The position numbers and the translations under genes were made by a program. A stretch of 63,420 bases of DNA, counting the filler, from Octopus bimaculoides (taxonomy: Eukaryota): the NCBI RefSeq assembly GCF_001194135.2. It is 6 parts of 6 records of this genome, joined end to end, with 100 filler letters (N's around TTAATTAATTAA, not from the genome) between each part and the next. Parts side by side here need not be neighbours in the genome. Positions count along the whole stretch, not along the records: positions 23,080 to 52,026 come from NC_068989.1; positions 52,127 to 57,266 come from NC_068999.1; positions 57,367 to 60,788 come from NC_068986.1; positions 60,889 to 63,420 come from NC_068981.1; 2 more parts are not named here. One strand, 5' to 3'. This document shows, piece by piece, positions 49,602-63,420 of this stretch. Positions within the stretch are counted from its first letter, which is position 1; every line of letters begins with the position of its first letter. The notes under the pieces were generated by a model. It was not told the origin of the DNA. It ran no database searches and saw only the letters and a program-made list of their open reading frames with translations.

Positions 49602-51457
49602 GCGTGTGTGTTTGTATGTGTGTGTTTATGTGTGTGTGTTTATATGTGTGTGTGGTATGTATATGTGTATGTGTCCGTTTCGCTTGTACGGTTGTAAAAT
49701 GATGCAAATTCTCTGCATTATTTGCTTCTTAATACGATGTAATTCCCTAAAAACAGGATTGTAATTGAAAGAGATAAACTGGGACAATAAAATTGTTATC
49801 TGGCTAAGTATTAGAATAAATTGAATGATACTGGTGTCCCCGCTTGCACGTAGTCCAGCGACTGAAATCAGTTAGGCAATAAAAGAGCATAATGGAATAA
49901 ATTTGTATGCCGAGAAGGGATGTTATTATGTCTAATACTTTGCTACTGTCCAGTCTGTTCGATACATCAATCTGGCAGAGGTCGAGGAAGAGCATAAGAA
50001 AAGGAGGGGTATAAAAGGAGTGTGAAGAGAAAAGGAGGAGAAGGATGAAGGAAGACAAGAAAGGTCTAGCTGCATACGTGTCTTTTGTAGGTTTCTTACG
50101 AATTACAGGATCGATGCAGTGAACGTTCATTTTGAATATCTGCAGGCAAACGTTGCCAAAGAGAGGGCTGGTTTTTCGGCATCGGTGGGGGTGGTAACGG
50201 TAAAATTTGCGTAAGAAGATCATAATGAAATGTTTACAGAAGTGAGAGTGAAACCTTCGTTTTTGGTGCATTGTAGGATGTTTGCGTGTATCTAGAAGTA
50301 TTTCTATCGGAAATATGTACATTTATTTTTGTTCATAATTTAAACCATTCAGTCGTTAACACGTTGTATTAAATTGTCAGATAAATTCGTTCGTTTTTTT
50401 CTCTCCCTAGTTGGCACTCGATCATCATATCCTTGAGAAGAGACAAAATTTATTTAAATTTCAAAAACGATAAACAAAAGTTGTAGAGGAAGAATGTCTT
50501 TTATTTTTTGTCTTCTACTAGTTTCAGTCATCAGACTACGGCCTTGCTGGGGCCACCGCTTTGAAGGAATCGACTCCGGGACTTATTTTTACTTAATGTA
50601 TCAGTCTATTTTGTTGAACCTCTATGTTAAGGAAATGTAAGCAAACCAACACTGGTTGTCAATTGCTGGTGGGGAACACACACNNNNNNNNNNNNNNNNN
50701 NNNNNNNNNNNNNNNNNNNNNNNNNNNNNNNNNNNNNNNNNNNNNNNNNNNNNNNNNNNNNNNNNNNNNNNNNNNNNNNNNNNNNNNNNNNNNNNNNNNN
50801 NNNNNNNNNNNNNNNNNNNNNNNNNNNNNNNNNNNNNNNNNNNNNNNNNNNNNNNNNNNNNNNNNNNNNNNNNNNNNNNNNNNNNNNNNNNNNNNNNNNN
50901 NNNNNNNNNNNNNNNNNNNNNNNNNNNNNNNNNNNNNNNNNNNNNNNNNNNNNNNNNNNNNNNNNNNNNNNNNNNNNNNNNNNNNNNNNNNNNNNNNNNN
51001 NNNNNNNNNNNNNNNNNNNNNNNNNNNNNNNNNNNNNNNNNNNNNNNNNNNNNNNNNNNNNNNNNNNNNNNNNNNNNNNNNNNNNNNNNNNNNNNNNNNN
51101 NNNNNNNNNNNNNNNNNNNNNNNNNNNNNNNNNNNNNNNNNNNNNNNNNNNNNNNNNNNNNNNNNNNNNNNNNNNNNNNNNNNNNNNNNNNNNNNNNNNN
51201 NNNNNNNNNNNNNNNNNNNNNNNNNNNNNNNNNNNNNNNNNNNNNNNNNNNNNNNNNNNNNNNNNNNNNNNNNNNNNNNNNNNNNNNNNNNNNNNNNNNN
51301 NNNNNNNNNNNNNNNNNNNNNNNNNNNNNNNNNNNNNNNNNNNNNNNNNNNNNNNNNNNNNNNNNNNNNNNNNNNNNNNNNNNNNNNNNTCGGATGTTAC
51401 AAACGACAAAAAATAAGGACCATGAATATATATATATATATGCAATGAGAATCCAGC

Positions 51458-51519
<62 letters not shown>

Positions 51520-53178
51520 TTATATTTATAAAAGCACATTGCCCCTATATATATATACTTAGACATACACTCATATTCACTTCCATGCGTGCTTAGTTGA
51601 TGTAATATAAATATAAGTTTGTGAGAATTTACTAACCAGTTTAATGTTCAGCCATTTACTGAAGGTTTGACACACGAGTGTGATGGGTGCTATAAATAAG
51701 GAGTTGACCGATTTGTCTTTTGATTTAAAGAATACACACATACACGCACACACAGACACGGACACACACATACACACACACATATTTACATATATGTATA
51801 CATCCATACGCATGAATATACATGTATATATATATACATGTATATACATGTATATATGTATACATGTATACATGTATATACATGTATATATATATATATA
51901 TACACACACACACATACAGACATATATATGTGTATATATATATATATGTATATATATTTATATGTATACATCCATACACATGAATATACATGTTTATATA
52001 CATGCATACATACATACGTACACACANNNNNNNNNNNNNNNNNNNNNNNNNNNNNNNNNNNNNNNNNNNNTTAATTAATTAANNNNNNNNNNNNNNNNNN
52101 NNNNNNNNNNNNNNNNNNNNNNNNNNCTACATGAAATAACAAATTGTTTTCTCTTTGCTGTTATGATATTTATGAAAATAGGTGAAATTGGGTCATTTTC
52201 ACTCTCGTATTTTTTTCCCATTAGTGCGGTTCATATTATATGAAGGATAAATTGCTAGTGTGTAACATGAGAGGTGACTCTAGGGAGAGGTTTTAAAAGC
52301 GACGAATCTAGATAAAAATGTCTAACAAAAAAGCTTTAAGTAGAAAGCAATAGGAAAACACTTGAAAGGTTAAACAAAGACGAAGACAAAAAAAAAAGAT
52401 AATCAATCGTCCATTTGATGAACGATATAAAATTTTCATAAGGAAATCGATACGTTTTGTTGTATCATAATAATTATTGTTTAGAAACAGGATATATTGA
52501 TTTATAATGTTCAGCTATTTAACTTGAAAATTGATATCCTCTTCTCTTTGATATAAGTGGCCGAAACATGGTGTTAGCTGATGTGTAAAATCCACCAAGT
52601 TTCCTAGTTTTCCGCTGTTTTTTTTTTTTTTTTCCTTTTCTTAAATTATGTCGTAATAATGATATTTTTTTAGCGGCTCTTTGCCAAAACAAATATGGGG
52701 CCTGAACATAGTCTGTTGAATGTCTCACTTTATATTACTGTTACATTTCAAATGTTTTAAGGAAGGAAACACTTGAAAGGGAAACCAGGTGACTTCTTTT
52801 AATCTCATCCCTTTGCCTAAACGATGAGAAAAAAAAAAGACTGTAATTAGTAGCATAGTCAGCCGTACCATATAACTCTGATGAAGATCAAACGGAGTGG
52901 ACATGGTTGGATTACATTCTCTCGTAGTTCTTCTCAGCTAGGAATATCTTCAATTAATCATCGCTAACATAAACATCGATTGCATCGTTATCTGAGACAG
53001 TAACACTAGTATCACAATAATGTATGCGCAAGGTTGCTGGTTAACCCACAATGAAGAAAACTGAAGTCGATTTCAGGGGTATTTGAGCCAGGAAGTTACT
53101 GTTACAAATTTAGATACTATAATCCACCCTCACAATTTCTTTTTCTTTATTTGCTGATTCTGGTGTCTACTGAACAAG

Positions 53179-53276
<98 letters not shown>

Positions 53277-53460
53277 TTTGTGGGAGGGAACTAGTCGATT
53301 ACGTCGATCCCACTGCGCAATCGCTACTTAACTTATCGACCTGGAAAGGATTGAAGGCAAGGTCAACATCGGCGGAATTTGAACTCAGAACGTAAAGACA
53401 AACGAAATACCGCTAAGGATTTCGCCCGGCGTGCCAATGTTTCTGCCAGCTCACCGCCTT
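53277..53460 (-). mobile_element. SINE family B adjoining an (AAT)n tract at ~53180-53276
   Basis: Reverse complement of the family consensus. Confidence 0.8.
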
Positions 53461-53888
53461 AATAGGCAAAGTTGATCTACGTATGATCGCTATCATAACG
53501 TAGGGAGATGGAAGTAATGCGATTGATTATTTTGTCACATGTGTTAATGATTCTCTCAGCGCGAGGCCATAGCTTTTGGAGATAAATATTCATCATTAAA
53601 ACAAACACTACTTGAATATTACATTATTTCATCAAACCCCGGAATAAATGATGGGAATATTGACCTCGACCGGAATTCAACTCGCAACGTAATATGATAG
53701 AAGAAATCAAACATGATATTTTGTCCAACGCTCCAACGTGTCTGATTATAATCTGCCCCTTTTTAATGCTAATGATTACAAAAAAAAATAGAACCCATAT
53801 GCAAAGTAGTAACCGAATATATAAGCGAGTGTCAAAAACATACGTCATGATATACGGTAAAACAAGCTATATGTGGGTATTTTGTAGT

Positions 53889-54315
53889 CTATTTTACTCT
53901 TTTACTTGTTTCAGTCATTTGACTGTAGCCATGCTGGAGCAATGCCTTTTTTAGTCGAGCAAATCGACCCCCAGGACTTATTCTTTGGAAGCCTAGTACT
54001 TATTCTATCGGTCTCTTTGCCGAAACGCTAAGTTACGGGGACGTAAACACACCAGCATCGGTTGTCAAGTGATGTTGGAGGGGACAAACACAGACACACA
54101 AACATATACACACAAACATATACACACACATACATATATATGTACTTATATACGACGGGCTTCTTTCAGTTTCCGCCTACCAAATCCCCTCAGAAGGCTT
54201 TGGTCGGCCTGAGGCTATAGTGGAAGACATTTGCCCAAGGTGCCACGCAGTGCGACTGAACCCGGAACCATGTGGTTGGTAAGCAAGCTACTTACCACAC
54301 AGCCACTCCTGTGCC
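53889..54315 (-). mobile_element. Full-length SINE family A
   Basis: Head, CORE-like body, internal (CA/TA)n and 3' tail all present in reverse. Confidence 0.9.
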
Positions 54316-54801
54316 TATATTTCCTACTCCTGTAGGAACGCAAAAGAAAAAAAAGAAAATGACAATAAAGGCTACAGCGGAAGATTTTGTCTGAAACCTT
54401 AAACAATCGAGTCGATGCTCCAGCATAGCCGCAGTCAAATGAGTGAAACAAGTAAAGGAATAAAAGAATATAAATAACGTGAAATATGTTTGTGCAGTGC
54501 TACGGCTCACGCATTGAAGAAGTTTCTACCTTCTGCCGTTTTTAGCACTATAACATTCACCTTAACGTTTTGTATAAGGAAACACGTTTGATAATGCAAC
54601 TCCCTAAACTGTGACTGGTTTCAAGGAGTATCGAAGAGGATTGGGCAAAACTGCGTGTACATTACAGACTCGGACTGAAGAAAGGAATAGGCCGCAAATG
54701 ATCTGTGTATCTTGTTTTGTACTGTTTGCCGTTGTTGTGCTATCGTCATTTTGTTGCTTGTTATGTTTTGACAATCTCCGTTTTCTCGTTTTTTACCCTT
54801 G

Positions 54802-54844
<43 letters not shown>

Positions 54845-56524
54845 TAATCATATATCTGAAAACTTTTGGATCACATAGAGCTAAGGCAACATAATATTGG
54901 TAAGATTTTAACTGAAAACTGAAGGAAAATACAGGTATTAATAGAGTAATTTTGATCAGCGTCCCACCGATTTCTTGGCGCTCTCTTTCCGATTCTGCTG
55001 TCTAACATACTCAAATTATATCGCTATGATCATTTTTTTCAAAGCACAATAGCATGTATTTACTCTTTATGGGAGTGTTATGAGCGATATTATATTCCCT
55101 TGTAATACTTATTTTATTGTCCATCGTATCGACAAAATTTAATGCCATTCCCTGAAGGATTTGCAATAGAAATTGAGAGGAACGCGGCCTAATGACGACA
55201 TGCCATTTTGTTCACACGCTCTGATGATTTCACGTATACCGCCCAATATTATCTTAATAATTCTAATGTTAATAACGATTTCCTTTTTGCCACAATGCTT
55301 AAAATTTGTTGCGAATGGTATAATAGATATAGTTGGTTGAGTTGACGGTAATTCGTTATTGGTAACCACTTAATGGTCCCACGATGGATAAAAATCTTAA
55401 GCATACTCCTTCAAAATTATATCTCTGAACTGCGAGATATTACACTGTAGCGACAAACGATGTTAGATGGTTAATGCACCATTATAAAGTTTCCGCCCAC
55501 AGACTGGTTCTTAAATAAGATCTATTATTGCTACTTTTTTTTTTCTTTTAAATATGCAACATGGTTTTTCTAGATAAGAGAAGCGAAATAATTGCCATGC
55601 ATTTGAAAAAGATCGTTACCGCCTTATGCGACGTGCAGTTGTATCGGAGGGAGGACCGAAACAGAGTTAGCAATTATCGGTTGTATCTCAATTAGCAAGA
55701 GGAACTAAATCTTATTCCAATAGTATTTATTAACTTTTATTAAAAACAAAAAAGTGAAAGTAAATGAAACCTCACGCTTAAAACAAGAAGGAAATATTGA
55801 ACAAATTAGTTTTGAGCACACAATGTCCGAGCAAAATATGTAATGGTCACGGTTAGACCTTTAAGATTTCTTCATCTTTATTGCCATATAATTAATAGGT
55901 ACATGTCAGGTTGTGTAATCTATTCTGTGTGGCACCAGAATACACCGGCAGCTGATATATCTAAGAAGAGAGTTCTTTGGTCCACGATACATCTCACGGA
56001 TGGTTTAGAAAGCATTATAACTGATATTTCCGGGGATTCGAGGGAACTCGGTTTTTTCAGCTTTATATTTCCATCGCCCAATTGCAGCAGATTACAGGTT
56101 TTCCCTTTCTTGTGAAAAAAAAAAATTTTTAAATCACGAGTGTCGTTCTCTGCAAGGTCATTCACAGAATTTATGGTCTTCCCCTTCATTTCACCAGGAA
56201 CCTGAAACTTATAACAGCTGAACAGAAAAAAACCCTACAAAACAGACCACTTAACTTGCCACGCAACACGTATGTTAGCCCTGATTTCTACACTGCTCTA
56301 CCAGCTCCTGGTATTTGGCATCCTCTCAAGGGCCTTCACCACATTAAGGATTTCTATCGTTTATGTGGTTGAATTGCTTTACGCATCATTTCCCATTTTC
56401 TCATTTTGTGCTTTCTTAACCAGCTTGACCGTTCCTTAACAGAATTTAATAAACTTCTATTTGTGTTGAAAGGATACTATCCTCCTTCGAAGAACTTTGA
56501 GCCGATGATTCTCTAGTAATATTC

Positions 56525-56735
56525 TTTTCTACTCTAGGCACAAGGCCCGAAATTTTTGGAGAAGGGGCTAGTTGATTAGGTCGAACCAGTACGCAACTGG
56601 TACTTAATGTATCGACTCCGAAAGAATGAAAGGCAAAGTCGACCTCGGCGGAATTTGAACTCAGAACGTAACGGCAGACGAAATACCGCTAAGCATTTCG
56701 TTCGGTGAGCTAACATTTCTGCCAGCTCGCTGCCT
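56525..56735 (-). mobile_element. SINE family B (left member of a head-to-head pair)
   Basis: Reverse complement of the family consensus. Confidence 0.85.
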
Positions 56736-56765
56736 GAAATCTCCGGTAATATTAAGACTGTCTTT

Positions 56766-56985
56766 AAGGCATCGAGCTAGCAGAAACGATAGCACGCCGG
56801 GCGAAATGCTTAGCGGTATTTCGTATGTCTTAACGTTCTGAGTTCAAATTCCGCCGAGGTCGACTTTGCCCTTCGTCCTTTCGGGTTCGATAAATCAAGT
56901 ACCAGTTGCGTGCTGGAGTCGATCTAATCGACGGGTTCCCTTCCAAAAACTTTCTGGCCTTGTGCCTACAGCAGAAAAGAATATG
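56766..56985 (+). mobile_element. SINE family B (right member of a head-to-head pair)
   Basis: Family consensus. Confidence 0.85.
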
Positions 56986-58786
56986 AAGTGTCAAAGACAG
57001 TCTTAATACTACTGGATGACTACACACGGTTTTCAAGGGGAAACTCATTATTGAAATAATTTAATGGCTGACCACTGGACTATGAGTGACCAGTATTAGA
57101 TTACATAACCACCTGGAGCAGGTATCCATTAGTCTTTGATAGATTTTGCTTAGATGATATTGCATTTTGATACACTCCTAGCGGAATAATAACCAGATTC
57201 AAAGCAGATCACAATTCGATCGGGGAAACAAAGAAACAAAAATAACAAAAAAAAAAAAAAAAAAAANNNNNNNNNNNNNNNNNNNNNNNNNNNNNNNNNN
57301 NNNNNNNNNNTTAATTAATTAANNNNNNNNNNNNNNNNNNNNNNNNNNNNNNNNNNNNNNNNNNNNTATATATATATATATATATATATATACTCTCTTT
57401 ACACCATTTATCTTTTGCAGCTCTAACATTGCCTCTCTCTTTCTCTCTCTCTCTATATATATTTTCTTCTTCCTTCTTTCTATGTAGCTTTCTGTCTCTT
57501 TCTCACTCCGTCACCATCTCTTTTATCTTCGTTTTCCGCCATTTTTTTTGTACTTTCCTTTCTTCGTTCTTCTCTACCTATCTTTCTTTTCATTGTTTTT
57601 TTTTTCTTCCTCTTTCTTCTCTAACCATTTATGTACGTTTAACTCTTATCTCATACTTTCTCCATCCATCGTTTCCAGTCTCTCTCTCTCTCTCTCTCTC
57701 TGCATCCTATTATATGCATACACATCCATACACAGATACACAAACAAATACATACATATACATATATATATAACAAATACATACATACATATAGATACAT
57801 GTATAAACATGCAAACATGCACACACAAACATTCACTTAATGATAAATGCATATATATACGTATACATCTATTGACCGATGCGTACACATACAGTCGCAT
57901 GTATATACATGCATATATGCACATACATTTATATAATAATGCATACCTAGTCGTTAAAGGTGCATTCCATGTAATGCCCTCCCCCACATTCACCTACATT
58001 AAAACGGCCAGCTAGATCCACCCTTACCCTTCGCACGCATCCATTCATCCCAAGTAAACATACACTATGTGTGTGTGTATGTGTGTGTGTGTGAGAGAGA
58101 GACAGAGAGCGTGTGTATATTTATGTATGTAGATATCTTCATGTATATATATNNNNNNNNNNNNNNNNNNNNNNNNNNNNNNNNNNNNNNNNNNNNNNNN
58201 NNNNNNNNNNNNNNNNNNNNNNNNNNNNNNNNNNNNNNNNNNNNNNNNNNNNNNNNNNNNNNNNNNNNNNNNNNNNNNNNNNNNNNNNNNNNNNNNNNNN
58301 NNNNNNNNNNNNNNNNNNNNNNNNNNNNNNNNNNNNNNNNNNNNNNNNNNNNNNNNNNNNNNNNNNNNNNNNNNNNNNNNNNNNNNNNNNNNNNNNNNNN
58401 NNNNNNNNNNNNNNNNNNNNNNNNNNNNNNNNNNNNNNNNNNNNNNNNNNNNNNNNNNNNNNNNNNNNNNNNNNNNNNNNNNNNNNNNNNNNNNNNNNNN
58501 NNNNNNNNNNNNNNNNNNNNNNNNNNNNNNNNNNNNNNNNNNNNNNNNNNNNNNNNNNNNNNNNNNNNNNTATATATATATATATATATGAACTAGTGAA
58601 TATACACACTCGCATACACAGATGCACGCATACGTGCGCGGCGAGAGTGACGTATGCTACAGTTGACAGGTCGGTAACAAGCCAAAACATATAAGATAAC
58701 GAAAAACATAACCAGCGCTTGGCCGCAAAAGAGGGTTTTCCGTATTAAGCAATCTTTACGAACTGCACATATCTAGTTGTTGTAGT

Positions 58787-58817
<31 letters not shown>

Positions 58818-59039
58818 TTATTTTCTTTTTATCTTTTGTTTTTGTTTTTCTTTTCTTTTTTTCTTTTCTTTTTTGTTTCCTTCTCGGTGTCTTTTTTCCC
58901 TCGCTCCACCTCCCTTGTCCCTCGTTTGACTTTGGGAAAGGATTGCTTATATATGAAAAGAAAGCACAATTGATCTATCTGGAAGATGAAGAAGAAAGAT
59001 GTGGCAGCAACAGCACAAGTGGAAGACCAAGACGACGGC

Positions 59040-59190
59040 GACGACGACGAAGACGAAGGCGAAGAGGAAGGCGAAGAGGAAGGCGAAGAGGAAGAAGAAG
59101 AAGAAGAAGAAGAAGAAGAAGAAGAAGAAGAAGAAGAAGAAGAAGAAGAAGAAGAAGAAGAAGAAGAAGAAGAAGAAGAAGAAGAAGAAG
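59040..59190. repeat. (GAA)n microsatellite
   Basis: Direct reading. Confidence 0.95.
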
Positions 59191-59722
59191 ACGAGAATAC
59201 GAAAGGACAGGTTGAATATATCAAGATTATCATTATTTTTATTTATTTATTTTGTGAAGGGAGGGGTGTAATGCAATTTTCTGTATATTTTATCCTAGTT
59301 CATGTAATATATACACACATATGCATACACACACACACACACACAAACACACACAAACACACACACATACACGCATATATATATAAATGGTGCGTGCGTG
59401 TATATGTACGGTAGGCCGTTGTAGGCTTCCTTTATTTTTCTATCTTATTTTTACGCTGCACAGCAGGTTGGATGGTGAGAAGGACAGAAGGAAGGAGGCG
59501 CAGGATGCAAGAGGGTCTTTGGTTCCTTTTGTCTTTGTTTTTGGTTTTTCTTTCTTATTACGGAACTGATCTTCTACAAAATGTATTTAATCTACAAAGG
59601 ACTCTGCATAAGGTTAATAGTAGAATCTCAGTATCCACTTCGTGCCCATCCTCCACCGCCTTTGGCACACTGTCTTGGTAAACATGGACTGAAAATGGGT
59701 CTATGTATGCATTCTTATAAAC

Positions 59723-59767
<45 letters not shown>

Positions 59768-59900
59768 NNNNNNNNNNNNNNNNNNNNNNNNNNNNNNNNN
59801 NNNNNNNNNNNNNNNNNNNNNNNNNNNNNNNNNNNNNNNNNNNNNNNNNNNNNNNNNNNNNNNNNNNNNNNNNNNNNNNNNNNNNNNNNNNNNNNNNNNN

Positions 59901-59948
<48 letters not shown>

Positions 59949-60424
59949 TGTGTTTAAGTATATATGTGTGTGTGTATATGAAAATATGTATCTAAGTACA
60001 GAATTATGTGTACCAATGTATATGACTTCCTGAAGATTTTGGAATAACTGACAAGGACCTTCATAAATTTGCAGGAACTCATACATACGTGCATACGTAC
60101 ATACACACACACATACACATACACATACACGCATATATATATATATACATACATATTGTACACAGTGCGTGTGTGAAATCAAGTGTGTACAACTGAAGAA
60201 GAAAAGTCTTACGCACAACATATATATGCATATATACGCGCGTGTGTCTGTGTGTGTGTCTTTGTGTATACACGGACGCTCGCATATATGTACGTGCATG
60301 CATGTGTGTGTATTGACGTTACGTGTGTGTGTGTGCGTGTGTTCTCGTGTGTGTATGCGTGTGTGTGTGTGTGTGTGTTCTTGTGCGTGTGTGTGTTCTT
60401 GTGCGTGTGTGTGTTCTTGTGTTC

Positions 60425-60459
<35 letters not shown>

Positions 60460-60724
60460 CTTGTGTGTATGTGTGTGTGTTCTTGTGTGTGTGTGTGTGT
60501 GTGTGTGTGTCTTATATCGTAAAAAGGGTCCTTTTGATACGGTGTTACATTTACAAGCACTCAAATACAACACTAAGTTGATACCGCCTCCTCTGGCCTT
60601 ACATACATATACATACATGCAAATATATATATATATGTTTGTGTGTGTGTATGTGTGTGTATACATACATATATATATATATATGTAATACATATATATC
60701 ATATTATATATATATATATATATC

Positions 60725-60774
<50 letters not shown>

Positions 60775-61197
60775 ACGGACATCTTTCANNNNNNNNNNNN
60801 NNNNNNNNNNNNNNNNNNNNNNNNNNNNNNNNTTAATTAATTAANNNNNNNNNNNNNNNNNNNNNNNNNNNNNNNNNNNNNNNNNNNNGGTGCATAAATT
60901 GTCAAGTAAATGAGACGCATATTTGCCTCCACTGATTCACTTGCAAAGTGTTGAGTAAAATTATTTCGTTGCAGACCTCCTTTGGGTCTTTTTATTATCA
61001 CTGCAACACACATAGTCCCCAGTTGGTAACATTGATTTCAAGGCCCTCCTAGATGAGAGACTGGCATTCCACTTAATGTCTATGTTCCATGCTGGCATGG
61101 ATTGGAGAGTTATTAATGTAGAAATATGGTATCGTAGCTACTAACAGTTGAGGGTTGCGTAGTCTAGACGGCGTTTTTAGATTTCATTATTTTCTTT

Positions 61198-61228
61198 AAC
61201 CCGGGCAAAGCCGGGTATTTCTGCTAGT
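61198..61228 (+). mobile_element. Helitron-like 3' terminus
   Basis: GC-rich hairpin ACCCGGGCAAAGCCGGGT followed after ~7 nt by CTAG|T. Confidence 0.55.
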
Positions 61229-62984
61229 ATATTAATAAAACTTGTTTATTTTCCTATGCGCATTTGTCTGAGATAAGAAATTAGTATATAGGATTGCGTT
61301 ATGGCCCTTATTTCAATTGGTATGTATATACATATATACACACAAAATACATGTTCATACACACAAACATACACACATATTTTATACATGACATGCTTCC
61401 ACATAATTTCTGTCTCCTAAGTTCATTCACAAGGCACTGGTTAGCCCAAGACACTTGCTTAAGGTTCCATATCATGGAACTGAGCCTGAATTCACAGCCA
61501 TGCCTGTATGAGGAAACACTACAGCTGAGGAATCACGTTTCTCCATTGTGTTCCTGAATATATTAATTGCATAGCCATAAAAGGAGGGTGGGTTTAGTGG
61601 GGCAACCTGAAGCAATTATAGTTGTCTTCATCACATATGAATTAATGGCTATCAAGGTTGGAGGCAAGAGGGCAGGGACATTTATAGGTTAACAGCTGTC
61701 AGACACAGAGATAGGAACATGACATAGGGTGGTTGTCAAATGCAGTGGTGTGGGTTGGAGAGTGGTTGCCAAGGAGCTTGGTGAGGCAAGAGACTTGTCA
61801 AACATGGTGGTCAGCAAACACAGTGGTGAAGGAGAGATGAGGTCCTTGTCTAGCGCTGCAACGATTGGTGCTTAAACAAAGTAGTAGAGAGAGAGGATGG
61901 CTATGAAGCAGGTCGGTAGGGCTGGCAGGCTGGTTGTCAAGCATGGTCCTGGGGCAGGAATGTGGTTGTAAAGCATGATAGAGAGAGGAGGGAGGGTAGC
62001 TGTTTAACACTGGTAGGGGGAGACAGGGAAGTGCTTGCCAAGGGAAGTGCTGTGAGATGCAGGGGAGAGAATAGAAGTACTAACTGATTACTTTGCNNNN
62101 NNNNNNNNNNNNNNNNNNNNNNNNNNNNNNNNNNNNNNNNNNNNNNNNNNNNNNNNNNNNNNNNNNNNNNNNNNNNNNNNNNNNNNNNNNNNNNNNNNNN
62201 NNNNNNNNNNNNNNNNNNNNNNNNNNNNNNNNNNNNNNNNNNNNNNNNNNNNNNNNNNNNNNNNNNNNNNNNNNNNNNNNNNNNNNNNNNNNNNNNNNNN
62301 NNNNNNNNNNNNNNNNNNNNNNNNNNNNNNNNNNNNNNNNNNNNNNNNNNNNNNNNNNNNNNNNNNNNNNNNNNNNNNNNNNNNNNNNNNNNNNNNNNNN
62401 NNNNNNNNNNNNNNNNNNNNNNNNNNNNNNNNNNNNNNNNNNNNNNNNNNNNNNNNNNNNNNNNNNNNNNNNNNNNNNNNNNNNNNNNNNNNNNNNNNNN
62501 NNNNNNNNNNNNNNNNNNNNNNNNNNNNNNNNNNNNNNNNNNNNNNNNNNNNNNNNNNNNNNNNNNNNNNNNNNNNNNNNNNNNNNNNNNNNNNNNNNNN
62601 NNNNNNNNNNNNNNNNNNNNNNNNNNNNNNNNNNNNNNNNNNNNNNNNNNNNNNNNNNNNNNNNNNNNNNNNNNNNNNNNNNNNNNNNNNNNNNTATATA
62701 TACTTCTAATATAAGGATATAATTTTAAAATGTTATCAATGGCCAGCATATGAAAAATACCTTTTAAGGTGAAAATTATAAATACAATTATGAATAAGAG
62801 CAAAAAGAAAGAATTTTCTTTGCCAATATGCTAAAAAAATAGATGCTAAATCATCTAACCACATAAAAAGTTTTTACTTGTATTATTACACAACATGCCA
62901 AAATGAGGAAAAACAAGCTTGATACAGCTATCACCAAATCAGTTCCAATTTCTGGAGTAATCCAAAAAGGATTTTTCCTTCATT

Positions 62985-63373
62985 TTATCGCTTCTTTCAG
63001 TCATTTGACTGTGGCCATGATGGAGTACTGCCTTGAAGAATTTTTAGTAGAATGAATCAAACCCAGTACTTTTTTTAAAGTCTGGTACTTATTCTATCAG
63101 TCTCTTTTACCGGACCATTAAGTCATGGAAACATGAACATACATACACTGATTGTCAAGCAGTAGTGGGGGACAAACATGAGACACACACACATACATAT
63201 ATACACATATATATATATATATATGACAGGCTTCTATCAGGTGCCATCTACTAAATCCACTCAGAAGGCTTTGGTCAGCCCAGTAGAAGACACTTGCCCA
63301 GGGTGCCACACAGTGGAACTGAACTTGGAACCATGTGGCTGGGAAGCAAAATTCTTACTACAGACATGCCTGC

Positions 63374-63375
<2 letters not shown>
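62985..63375 (-). mobile_element. Diverged full-length SINE family A
   Basis: Reverse complement of tail, body and head. Confidence 0.8.

Positions 63376-63420
<45 letters not shown>

Noticed and set aside
49804-50322. 172-aa minus-strand ORF and an overlapping plus-strand exon-like frame (FLTNYRIDAVNVHFEY...)
   Set aside because: No recognisable domain; the central part is a purine-rich low-complexity tract, and another frame resembles a LINE C-terminus (LWQRLPADIQN).
52875-52898. ACT-CTGATGA-AGATC-AAAC..AGT hammerhead-like remnant
   Set aside because: Stem II and the G of GAAA are missing; too degenerate to call.
55843-56189. Overlapping sense and antisense ORFs of ~90 aa
   Set aside because: No motif identified and splice signals are ambiguous on both strands.

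Overview
AT-rich, gap-ridden eukaryotic (animal) genomic DNA, almost entirely intronic or intergenic. It is dominated by microsatellites, tRNA-derived SINEs and decayed transposons. The SINE families match what I recall of Octopus/coleoid cephalopod repeats, which is an inference from memory and not a search. No cellular protein-coding gene, rRNA, true tRNA gene or CRISPR array can be confidently identified; most ORFs in the track are N-runs or microsatellite translations. Recognisable elements: an RTE LINE 3' end, four R4/Dong-like and one CRE-like restriction-endonuclease LINE remnants, a Penelope-like RT, a hAT element nested in a SINE, two Tc1/mariner remnants, three long-TIR foldback elements and a Helitron-like 3' end. 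The most interesting signal is a set of minimal type I hammerhead ribozymes from three different repeat families. One of them forms the 3' tail of a tRNA-headed SINE, present in three copies. Two of those copies form a head-to-head dimer inside a single 13-bp target-site duplication. This suggests a Pol III SINE/retrozyme-like element, possibly mobilised by Penelope-like machinery.
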